In this document: in pieces, positions 1 to 10,412 of the stretch
How the letters are laid out: each line of letters begins with the position of its first letter
Position numbering within the stretch: position 1 is the first letter of the stretch
Assembly: GCA_965644315.1 (NCBI GenBank)
Contig: CBFFRQ010000052.1
Coordinates: forward strand, 124,001 to 188,000
Length of the DNA: 64,000 nucleotides
Origin: Caecitellus pseudoparvulus
Lineage: Eukaryota; Protista; Bigyra: Bicosoecida
Direction of reading: 5' to 3'
The notes under the pieces: model-generated
What the model was told of the DNA's origin: nothing
What the model saw: only the letters and a program-made list of their open reading frames with translations
Databases searched by the model: none
Made by a program: the position numbers and the translations under genes

Positions 1-10
1 CCCCCACCAG

Positions 11-337
11 CTCATCTGGGTGCGCAGCAAGGTCCCACTAGGGGAGTCTGCTGACATGCACCGCTGCGTGGCGGCCTTCGGCTCCGACTGGCACCTGTGC
101 ACGACGTCACTGCTGCCACACGGCATGGTGTTCCCCACGCCCGCCTTGAAGATGCTCACGTCCCTGGACCACTCTATGTGGTTCCACGCCCCCTTCCGCG
201 CCGACGAGTGGATGCTGTACGAGATGCGCTCGCCCCGCGCCGCGGCCGCCCGGGGCTTGAACGTGGGCCGCCTCTTTCGCGCAGACGGCACTCTGGCTGT
301 GAGTGTGGCGCAGGAGGGCCTCATGCGTCTGCGGTGA
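11..337 (+). CDS. Acyl-CoA thioesterase II (TesB/ACOT8 family), last exon only; gene begins before the window
   Basis: Translation contains AFGSDW, SLDHSMWFH, EWMLYEMRSP, ARGL and G.LAVSVAQEGLMR, the characteristic TesB C-terminal hotdog domain. An acceptor-like CCACCAG lies at 4-10. Confidence 0.88.
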   Translation, partial: LIWVRSKVPLGESADMHRCVAAFGSDWHLCTTSLLPHGMVFPTPALKMLTSLDHSMWFHAPFRADEWMLYEMRSPRAAAARGLNVGRLFRADGTLAVSVAQEGLMRLR

Positions 338-451
338 CACGGCCCGCTGTGTCAGGGGGCGGGCAATGCACGGCAGAGACCAAAATCAACCAACCTGCAC
401 CACCCACGGTGACCCCCAGCACCAACACCGCCCGCCTGTCCTTAGCACAGC

Positions 452-2252
452 ATGGCGTCCAGGCGAGCCAGCCCTCGCAGGGGCGTGGCATCCCGCCCAC
501 CGCCCTCGCCAGGCAACCGGCAAACTCCGCAGCCAGCCGCGCAGCGGTCCGACGCGGCGTATGTGGCCAACTTGAAGCAGCAGATGTACTTGCTGGAGCT
601 GGAGAGCAGCATTCTCAAGCAGCATGGTGCAGGGGCAAGCCAGCCACAGCGCGCCGACGCCCAAGGCGGCCCTGGAGCTGAGTTTGACCGGCTTGTGGGT
701 CAGCTGCGCGCAAGTTGGGCGGAGCGGGAGGATGCCTTGGTGGAGGCGTTGCGGGTGGTCAAGCGCGACCTGAGCAAGCACAAGCAGCTCAACTACAGCC
801 AGCAGTCCCTCATTGATCAGCTCAAGGCAGAGCTGCAGCTGCTGCGAGCTGTCAAGGCGCAGGACGACGAAGCTGCACGTCGCCGCGTGACGGTGTGTCG
901 CGGCGACCACCTGCCCCTCGCCTCCGCGACGCTGACGCCTCCCCTGCCGCATGCCACAGGCTGCCGTGGACGAAGCTGCACAAGCCCGACGAGAGGCAGA
1001 CCGCCTGGCGGCCGCTCGAGACCGCTTGGCTCTGACGCTGGAGGAGCAGCAGGAGGCAGCGGCAGGGGACGCTGCGGCAGGGCGCGAAGCGCTCACCACT
1101 GCGCAGTCCCGCATCGCCGCCTTGGAGCGGGAGGTGGACGCCGCTGCAGCGCAGGTGCAACATGCGGGGCAAGCGCGCAGCAGGGCAGAGGCTGCGTCAG
1201 CAGCAGCAGAAGCGCGCAGTGCCGAGCTGCGGGAGGCACTCAGTGACTCCCACGCAACCACGCAACGCGCCGAGGCAAAGGCCCACGAGGCACAGGCAGA
1301 GGCAGCGGCGCTGCAGGCGCGCCTGGACAGCACACTCGCCGCCTTGGATGCGGCACAGGCCAGTGCGGCCGCGGCAGCTGCCAGCCAGGCACGGCTGCAG
1401 GCGGAGTTGGAGGCTGAGCAGGAAGCAGTGCGGGATTTGAAGCAGCAGCTGGCCGACAGCGAGGCTGCTCAGGCCGCCGCTGAGCGTGCTGCCGATGCTG
1501 CTGTCGCTGCACAGGGCGCTGCAGAGGAATCAGAGGCTGCTGCACGCGGCACGCTTGCGACCACACAGGCTGCTCTGGCGCAACGTGAGCAGGAGGTGGC
1601 TGCGCAGGCAGCCCAGCTGCGCGACGGCGAAGGGCACCTGCACGAGGCACGCACTGAGTGCGAGGCTGCCACCGCCAAGTGTGCAGCGACCGTGAAGAAG
1701 TACGACTCCACGAAGGCAGAGCTGGTCGCGACGGCCGCCGCGCTGGCGGGCAGCCAGGTGCGAGAGGAGGAGGCAGCAGGTCGCGGCGACACGCTGCGTC
1801 TGCGGTTCGCAGACGCCGAGGGCACCATCGCCGCGCTCAGAGCCGAGCTGGCCTCTGTGACTGCCCAGCGAGACCGCTCTCTCTCCCTCTTGCAAGCGGT
1901 GAACGTGCCCGGCATCGTGCAGGGCAACCTGGACGTCGCTGCGACCGTGCAGGAGGCCCTGAATTCCATGCTGGGCGCCAGGGAGGGGGAGCTGCAGGGA
2001 CTGGGGCGTGGTCCTCCGGGGGGCGCCTCGTCCCCGTCGCCCTCTCCTTCCACCCCCTCCCCGCCCCCCCCTGCGCCGGCACAGGCGTCGCCGACTGAGG
2101 GGCAGTGCGAGCGCAAGGCGGTGCCGGAGCCTGCCGCCGCCCCCACTGCCCCCTCGCCGCGAGGGCGCGGGTCTGGGACAGGCCTGAGGGCCCACGTGGA
2201 GGTGTCTGCGGCGGGGCTGTCGCTGCAGGGGCGTGGCTTCAGCCGAGCTTGA
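452..2252 (+). CDS. Long coiled-coil protein of unknown function, two exons (intron ~893-959)
   Basis: The N-terminal part of ORF 452 (YVANLKQQMYLLELE...) joins the Ala/Glu/Gln heptad-rich ORF 951-2252 through a GTGTG...CCACAG intron. The tail is Pro/Ser-rich. Confidence 0.65.
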
Positions 2253-2267
2253 CGGCGGGCGCCGTCA

Positions 2268-3035
2268 TCAGATGTAGGCACCGAAGTCGATGAGCAGCTT
2301 GGGTCGGGCTGGCGTGTGCTGGCGTGTGTGCACGCCAGCCATGCTCAGCATGCGCCGCGAAGCCACCATCTGCTGTGACCCAGCCTTCTTGTCGCTGAGG
2401 TACACAACTTCCCGAATTCCGCTCTGGATGATGAGCTTTGCACACTCGTTGCAGGGGAACAGCGCCACGTACAGCGTGCAGCCGGCCACAGAGCCACGGG
2501 AATTCAAAATCGCGTTCACCTCCGCATGCACCACGTAGGGGTACTTGGTATCCAGCTGGCTCGCGCCCTGCCGGCCCCACGGCAGGGCGTCGTCAGAGCA
2601 CCCCGCTGGGAAGCCATTGTAGCCGATGCCGACAATCCTGCGCTCAGGATTCACGATGCAGGCGCCCACCTGTGTGCTGGGGTCTTTGGACCGCATGGCG
2701 CTGAGGAAGGCGATGGCGGTGAAGTAGTCGTCCCAGCTGATGTAGTCCTCCCGCTTCACGCTTGCGGTGGGGTCACTGCTGATGTGTGTTGCGATGTCAC
2801 CCGTGTCTGGCCCGGCATGCGAATCACACGCTGTACTGGGTGAGGCAGCGCCTGCGCCTGCGCCTGCCTTCTCAGCGCTGGGTGGAGCAGCACTCAAAGT
2901 CGCTGGCAGCCCTGCTCCTGCCTGGGGCACCGCACCATTTTCCACGGAACCTGCAGGCACTTGCACTGTGGGACAAGCTCTTTTACTTGCTGCTTCCTCT
3001 GGGCCCAGACCTTCACGCTGGCGCTTGGAGCTCAT
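2268..3035 (-). CDS. DCTD: dCMP deaminase
   Basis: Motifs [22 protein letters not shown] and GIGYNGFP are present, with Zn-binding HAEVNAI and PCNEC. The start was taken at MSSKRQRE (NLS-like). Confidence 0.93.
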   Translation of the reverse strand: MSSKRQREGLGPEEAASKRACPTVQVPAGSVENGAVPQAGAGLPATLSAAPPSAEKAGAGAGAASPSTACDSHAGPDTGDIATHISSDPTASVKREDYISWDDYFTAIAFLSAMRSKDPSTQVGACIVNPERRIVGIGYNGFPAGCSDDALPWGRQGASQLDTKYPYVVHAEVNAILNSRGSVAGCTLYVALFPCNECAKLIIQSGIREVVYLSDKKAGSQQMVASRRMLSMAGVHTRQHTPARPKLLIDFGAYI

Positions 3036-3213
3036 TCTGCCGGGTCGGGCAGGGACGCTCGTGCCTTCGGAGTCAATTTCCGCAGCAGCGCCGCACTCAG
3101 ATTGCCACCGAAAAACACGGCACCAAGGGAAATACGTGTGAGGATCGCATGCAAGCGAGAGAGGGTTTTGCTGCATTGTGACAGTTGGGGTTTGGAGCAT
3201 GGGGAGGCATGCT

Positions 3214-6200
3214 TCACCCGTCAAGTGCGCTGGTCACGGCTTTCACGTGCTTGACCTGGCTTTGAAGGTGCTGTGTTGCTGCCCACGGCGAGGTGGCCTT
3301 GGCCCAGCGGAGAGCTGCGGCATCACCATCACGCTCGTGTCCGAAAAGAGCCTCCTCCACCACGTCAACCATGCCTGGGGGTCCGCACACCCACAGCTTG
3401 GCCAGCTGGTCCAGAGCTGAGTGGTCCTCCTGAGCTGAAGCAGCCCTTCCGGCCGCATCCACCGCATGAAGGGTTTGGGACGCACCAGTGAGTGAGCACA
3501 GCAGGACTGTCTTGGCCATGTCCATGTCCCGCAAGGATCCTGTGGAGAGTCGCAACCATGGGGCGGTGCCAGTGCGGTGGACTCCACACACGTACTGCTG
3601 CCGAAGTGCACGCTGCAGGCTCGGCGGCAGGTACAGGTCCTGCAACGTGACACACTCCGGAGAGGACGTGAAGTGCATGTGCACTGAGATGCTGTGCCCT
3701 TCCATGCGCCGCGCGGACTCGGCGGCAGCCATGGCCAAGAAAGGCAGCGCGACGCCAGAGGCCACATCGCGGCAGACTGCCAGGACGTGCAGGTGAACCC
3801 GAAGCGCCATGGAGGCGCCAGGCCTTGACTCAGGGCTGACAGCACGAGTCAAGAGCGCGTAGATCACGTCCAGGAATGGCACCAAGCCCGTCCCGGCACA
3901 CACGGCGACAACCAGCGCTGAGCCTGAGCCACTGCGGCAGCTCGCAAGCGCTTCCGGCAAGCCCAGCCCCTTGCCGCTGGGCCCGGCGGCGCGGAGCTGC
4001 TTTACGAGCCCCCCGCCAAAGTCGTGGATGTAGCGTGAAATGCGCCCCATTGGAGCAGGGAAGCGCCGGACCCAAATCTGGGCATGGCCGGTGCTGCCTC
4101 CAGCCACCGCGGGCGCCCGCAGAGCTCGCCTCCAAGCCTCTGCGGCCTCCTCAGTGAGGTTAGCCATGTGCTGAGCAAAGATGATTGGGATACGCACGAC
4201 TGAAAATGACCGGCGCATGGCCAGCATGTCGTCCACTGCGTCGTGCACTGCCAGTTCGCTTTCGCTCAACACCAGCTCCCCTGTCACTTCATCTTGCGAC
4301 AGCCCGCGGCCCTGCAGCACGTGGATGTGCAGGCCAAACGAATCCCAGTCGCTGATGCTGGGCACCTTCATCGCATCTTGTGAGTTGAGCAAGAACACTG
4401 TCACAGGACGCTGGGCGGCTAGCGTGGGGCTGTATCGTGCGCGCATGCGCGCGATTTTTGGGTCCAGTGACCACACCGGGGGCGACACCCGTGCCCTGCC
4501 GGCGATGGCCCACCGTGTCGAAGCCTCCGCCTCCTGCTCATCTACTGTCTCTGAGTCAGACACACTTGTGACTGTCTCGCTGAGCACATCTTTTGACACA
4601 TCGTACACCCCGGGTGTCACGGGTGTGCTCCGCCCAAATCGTGCTCCACGCTGGCGAGCTGTGGCTGACGGTGGCGGGCTTGGGGCGACTCTGGAAGCTG
4701 GTTGGGAGAGGGGTCTTGTGTCAGATGTTTGACGCCCCAAGGCTGTCTTTCGTTTGCGACAGCAGCACCACGCACCCCACGCCGGCCACGATGAGGGAGA
4801 TGGTACAGCTGTCCCGTGTGTGTGTGGCTCAGACTCTTGCGGATCATCGCTGCCTGCCGCAGGGCGCCCCCCCAAAGCAGCATTTCTAGCCTTCAGCCCA
4901 GCTGCAGATGTATCCAGCACGGCCACCAGCATTTTTGAGAGCAGCACCTTTGCTCGTGCAGAATGTGCATGCTCCGGGATGCGGGGGTCAACCGTGTCCG
5001 TTCCCAGGAATTGTGCCGTCACATCCTTCCCGACAGCCTTGTTGATGACGAATGCGGAGCCAGGGTGCTGCTGTGCATACTCACCGACGTCGTACACAAA
5101 CCCGCCAACAATGGTAAGCTTTTCTCCGTACATGGCCACTTGCTGCTCGAACTCGTCAAAGGACACGACTGGGACGCCTGCAGGCGTGAAGATACGCTCC
5201 CCATCGGCGACCCCTGCTGGCCCATGCTGTGTAGGCTCACAGTCTGCATGTGACTCACGCCCTCCCCATGCAGGAGATGCCTCGGGAATGATCACAGGCG
5301 GGGGTCGCTTTTCCTGCAGGCCAGTGTGGGCTTTGACTTCTGTTTCAGTCCGACTTGACGGTACGCTGGCAGCCAATGCCAACGCATTCTGCATGTATGA
5401 CGATGCTTGTTCCATGGACATCTCCTTCCGCTGCACCTTTTCAAGGACATCTTGTAGGAGGCTCCTTGGCAGGTGCGGGGGTGCCGCGCGACTTGGGCCG
5501 AGGCCAACCAAACGTGCAGCGTCAACGTCTGAGCAGGATGAAGTCAAGCTCGTATTCTGAGGCACTGGGATGCGACGCATGCTTCCAAACATTGCCTGCC
5601 CAAGAAGCACACTGTTAGACTTCGCCGGGGGGGCACCTGCAAGTGCAGCTGCGACATCTGCCTTTGTAAGGACTCGACTACTCTTCGGGGACAGCGACGC
5701 TGCACGCCCTAACCTCATGCTCCCAGCTCTGGACAAGATCTTTGCACTACCATATGGCGATTGGAGACTGTTCCCTTGAGTCTCACTGGCAGCAAGGGCT
5801 TCCTTAGCCTGTTTCAACGCCTTATCAAGTTCGGACAGGGGGCTGTGGTCCCCCATGCTCTTATGGGCTGTGTGTTCTTCCCACCGATTGCGAGCTTCAA
5901 GGGCAAGAACGAGCACAGCCAAGCACCCATACCAAACGATGGGGATCGTCGTGCGCCATTTTGTGCCGGGTGTGGCCGCGAAGAACTGTACGCCAAGGTA
6001 CACTGACGCCAGCGCAGTCGGGAACATGGCGAGGCCAAGGAGGACATGGGACTGCTTGAACCTCCGGAGAACCCACGCTGGCGTGCTGGTGGACGTATAG
6101 TATGACTTGGCCGCCTGCCCAAAGGCGATCTGGACAACAGTGAGGAGCGCAATGGCCACGCCGATGTAGCCGTGCGCAGTGATGGCTCGGCCGGCGACAT

Positions 6201-8515
6201 CTGCAGCGGCGAAGGCTGACGTTGCCGTTGGGATTGTGATGGTGCCGACGACGTTCATGAGGGCATGGTGCAAGTCAATCACGAAGGCTTTATGCTCGGA
6301 GGCGTACTTCAGCGCGATGATGGACAGCGGGGTGATGACGCCCCACGCAATGCCCATTGTGGCTCCGTGCACCATGTGGGCCATGGTGATTTCGAGGGAG
6401 AGGTCCAGGGAGCCAGGCTCCACGACGCTGTCAGATGGAGTGGCGAACAAGTTGACCCTGGCCCGGGCTCGACCATCAATTCCATGGTAAGCCATATTTG
6501 GGCTGTTCAGCCCGCTCGCGAAGATCATGTCCTGGTACACGGCTGACACGCTCGGCTGCTTCGCAGCTCCTCCTGGCACGTTGCCACCTGTTGCGCTGTC
6601 CATGGACTGGAAGAAGGAGGATAAGTACGGTGGCATGCTGATGGGTGCATCCTGTGCGTCAACTGGGACAAGCGCCCGGGCAATTGTGATGGACACTACG
6701 ACCATGCCGTTCTCTGACGTGGCTGGGGGCGTGTCTGTTGTCTTGGGCAGGGCGGTGGTGGCTGCCTCCAACACGGACCCTTCCGTGGTGCTGAGGTATC
6801 CTCCTCCCAGCATCTGGACATCAGAAGCATCTGTGTCAAGCGTGGGGTGTGCGTACGAACTTGCGTACATGTCCTCCACGCGGGGAAAGCCCGTCTTGAC
6901 CTGCCCACTTCTGGGCTCCACTTCCATGCGCACAGCGAGCACGTCTGAGCCTGGCATTTCCGTGCCGAACCCGACGGCACACCACATGCCGGTCCATGAC
7001 GCCGACTTGATGTGTTCCAAGGAAAAGCTTGCGCGAAAGTTGAAGCGGATATGGGTCGGCGCTTCCAGGTCGCTGGCGTCTCCGTTCCCGGACGCCGCGG
7101 CCGCTGCTTCGGACACGCTCACCACTGAACCGCTGGCCGATGTGAAGTCCCAAGTCAGACTCCATCCACTAGGGAGCTCAATGAGGGGCAGTGTGGTGGT
7201 CAGTCTTGCTGCGGAGGAGGCTGATGAAGAGGGGCTCCAGAGGTTCATCTGCTTGTGCACTCTGCGAGATGGCCCATGAGGCAGCAGCTGAGAAGACGTC
7301 GGGTTGTATGCAAGGATTATGTCCTCCATGACATCTTGGACTGCTGGACTCTGTTGGGGGCGAGGACTTCCCTGCTCCACCCACTGGAAGTACACTTGCA
7401 GGAATGCTGGGATTGCGATGGAGTGATCGCTCGCGTCGGGAGAAGCCAGGGGCCGCGCAAAGGACATGCCCAGAGCAAGCTCCTCTGTGCTGTTCCCAGT
7501 TGGGCGGCTTGCTGAAACCCTTCCTTGGAGGGTGGCGTCCCGTCTCACAGCAGGGTCGGCAAGGAAGCCGCCCTCCACGGAAGTGAATGCAATCTGTTCT
7601 GCGTCCAGAGGCGGACGTCCCACAGTCTGGGCATCCATGTCAAGCAGTCTCACCTGAAGTAAGAGGAGCAGGCACTCGTGTGGATGGGGTACAAGTGCAG
7701 GGGGGCTCAACACTCACTTGGAGAACGGAACCCGCAGGGCCCGACACCTCCACTTGACCCAGCATCAAGTCGCTGCCTGCCATGCCTGTGCCGAAACCAA
7801 TGCCCCCCCAGACACTGTGCAAGCAAGAATGGCCTGTGATCAATGCAAGAAGAGGAAACGCTGCATCGCTCTTCACGTACCCGTCAAAGTTCTCGGGGAG
7901 GTCACTTCCCAGCCGCACACTCCACTGGAAGCGAATTCGTGTTGGCCGTGGAATCTTGACTGCTTCGTCGTCCCCCGCAATCCATGCAGCAGCTGCCTGA
8001 AGCAACGAATCCACGTGCACGTAGCTACCGTTGCTACTTTCGAAGGCCCAGGAGACGGAGAATTCGCCGCTGTTCATGCTGAGCGTGCTGTGCGTGTCAG
8101 CGGCGTCTGCGGAGGTTGGCGCTTCCAGCTCCTGCGCAGCTGCTGCCACCTGAAGCCAGCGAGCAGTTCTACCGACACTCGAGACATACTGGATATACGC
8201 ACGGTGTGCATGCCTAGCCCAGAACCTGAGGGGGTGCCTTTCAAGCACAACCGGGGGGAAGTGACCCACGTCACATCCCTGCGCACAATAACCGTCCGTT
8301 TCGCCACTCCAAAGGCCTGCACCGTGAAGGTAGCCCACGACAGCAAGAAGGAGTGTGTACGATATCACAATTCCTGGAGGGAAGGACACTTGGAAGCATT
8401 TGCGCTTCCTCCTCTCTAACAGTTCGTGGCCCGCCCCAACAGTTGCATCGGTGCGGTGTCCGGCTGTTGGCTGCTGAGCGCCACTTGCAGCGGCGCCGGT
8501 CAGCCAGGGAATCAT
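3214..8515 (-). CDS. Multidomain membrane redox protein: 2x DOMON + cytochrome b561 + cytochrome b5 + FNR-type NAD(P)H/FAD reductase; introns ~7654-7717 and ~7815-7880; start uncertain
   Basis: DOMON motifs [15 protein letters not shown] and [15 protein letters not shown]; four b561-type His helices (HGATM, HHALM, HGYIG, HVLLG); b5 motif [14 protein letters not shown]; FNR motifs [25 protein letters not shown] and VCGPPGM. Confidence 0.85.
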
Positions 8516-9309
8516 GGATCCTGAAGGATACAAGATTGTGAATGCCTCAGATTCGGGCGACGGCAGCCTGTCGCATCCAGGCTTGTGCGGAGGCTTCCTT
8601 TTGCAAGCGGAATTTGCAGACCTTCTGCGCTGCCCGAGAGGGTTTTGGAGATGTTGGACGCGTCACGGCCTGCGAAGAGCCTTTTCAGTTGTATGAGAGG
8701 GTGCTTGTCTTCAGTACATGTATCTGGAGGCCCGAGTCAGAGTTGGGGGGATCGTTCTATTGGTCTGGCGATTGCTTCTGAGCAAAGACCCGCACTGCCC
8801 AGGCTGCATGCGTGCTGGAGTGCCGACAGGCGCTGCACGAGGGGCCTTCTCTTCATTTGCTCGATGACAGGCTCAGATGCACAGTGTCCTTTGGACTCAA
8901 GGAAAAGGCCGAGAGGCTACAGCGCAATCTCGCCAGCCTTTCAGGAGGAGCGCAGGCAGGGGAGGTTCGAAAATGGTAATGTAGAGGCAGGGATCCAAGC
9001 GGATTTGTAGGCTCCACAGCCTTTTGAACGGTGTCTCTCTCGTGGGCTGTGCCATTTGAGGCGACTCTGCCTCGAAAGCGCGCACCTGCTGAATCGAAAG
9101 CCAGCTGCGGCGTCCAGCCGCACCAAATCAAACCACAACGCATGGCACAACGAAAAACCTGTGCCTCATGTACGAGAAGCCTGTGCCCACCATTTCGATT
9201 TTCCTGCAGCCAAGCGCTTGAGGCCCCCCTGCCCGCTCTCGTCGCTGAAGCAGTGCGGAAATACTGAACCTCCGCACCACGCAGCTGCCCTTACTCCCAA
9301 GCGCCAGGC

Positions 9310-9693
9310 ATGAGGAACTTGAAGAAGATCGTAGGAAAGGTCGTGTCCACTTCCATGGACAAAACCGCTGTCGTGGAAGTGGAGAGCTTCTACGTACACA
9401 GCCTGTATCGCAAGGTCATGAAGCGTGCCCGCAAGCATGTGGCGCATGATGAACATGAGGTGTGTCGGGTGGGGGACACCGTGCAGCTCAAGTTTGCGGG
9501 ACGCCTCAGCAAGAAGAAGCGCTGGGCAGTTGTTGACATGCTGCGGCGTCAGCCCCAGCTGGGCGGAGAGTCGTTCCCGATGTCCAAGCTGGCTGGCTCG
9601 ACTGCAGCCTTTCCCCCCATGCACCCAGCCGACTTCCCCCACCCCCAACGCCCAGCTGAAGGCGCTGTCCCAACGCCTGCCCCTGAGCGGTGA
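9310..9693 (+). CDS. rpsQ: Bacterial-type (mitochondrial) ribosomal protein uS17
   Basis: GKVVSTSMDKTAVV...HSLYRK...AHDE...VGDTV...LSKKKRW matches the S17 signature, followed by a C-terminal extension. Confidence 0.92.
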   Translation: MRNLKKIVGKVVSTSMDKTAVVEVESFYVHSLYRKVMKRARKHVAHDEHEVCRVGDTVQLKFAGRLSKKKRWAVVDMLRRQPQLGGESFPMSKLAGSTAAFPPMHPADFPHPQRPAEGAVPTPAPER

Positions 9694-9987
9694 GCGCGGT
9701 TGTGCTGCCATGTTGAAGCAACTGGGGGTGAGCGTTGCATTCGACGTGGGCGTTTGCTACTGCTGAGCATTTCTGCCCTTCCCCAAGCACGCATGATTGG
9801 CTGCGGCCTGTCTGCAAAGACATGCCACTCACGAGCCCTGTACCTCACAAGTTGCGCTCATGGCTCGGCGCACGGCAAAGGACTCGTGATTTGCTGAAGG
9901 ACTGCGGCGCCCCGCTAGGGCCACGAATGGACGCGCCAACTGCAATGCACGGCGGCCAAGAATGCCACAGCAGCTTCCCTGCACGTA

Positions 9988-10194
9988 TCAGTCTTCAAAG
10001 CCAAGTCGCTTCCTCCGCCTAGCTTTCTGGTCTGCCACGCCAGGCGTGGCAGCGTTTGCAGCTGCACCACCGACCTGATTCGGGGCGACTCCTTGCTCCG
10101 GCTGTGCCTCTCGCATTCTTTGCTGCACAAGGTCCAAGTCGAGCATATCTGGCTCGCTAATGGGCACCCGCGTCAAGTTTCGGTTGAGTGCCAT
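9988..10194 (-). CDS. Probable APC/C subunit CDC26-like small protein (68 aa)
   Basis: The N-terminus MALNRNLTRVPISEPDMLDL resembles CDC26 MLRRxPTRLxLxxDD, and the C-terminal RKRLGF resembles CDC26 DRIGY. It fills a gap between two genes. Confidence 0.5.
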   Translation of the reverse strand: MALNRNLTRVPISEPDMLDLDLVQQRMREAQPEQGVAPNQVGGAAANAATPGVADQKARRRKRLGFED

Positions 10195-10412
10195 GGCTCA
10201 CAGGAGCAAGGTGGTGCCTGGAACGTGAGGCGTTTCCCTGCGTAACGCCAGCTAAGTCGAATGCTTCCGATGGCACAGCGCTTCCTGATCGCAGATGCCA
10301 GGGAATTCCCTGTCCAGGAAAAGGGCCAGAGATTCCACTCACGCTTGCTTTCTCACAGTCATGTTCATTTTGCGTGTGGGCGCGAGTGGCAAGCACGCCA
10401 CACAGAGCAAGC

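Noticed and set aside
8540-9300. Short ORFs between the DOMON gene and uS17
   Set aside because: They show no motifs or coding-like composition. The stretch is more likely a divergent promoter/UTR region, possibly with an unrecognised first exon of the DOMON gene.
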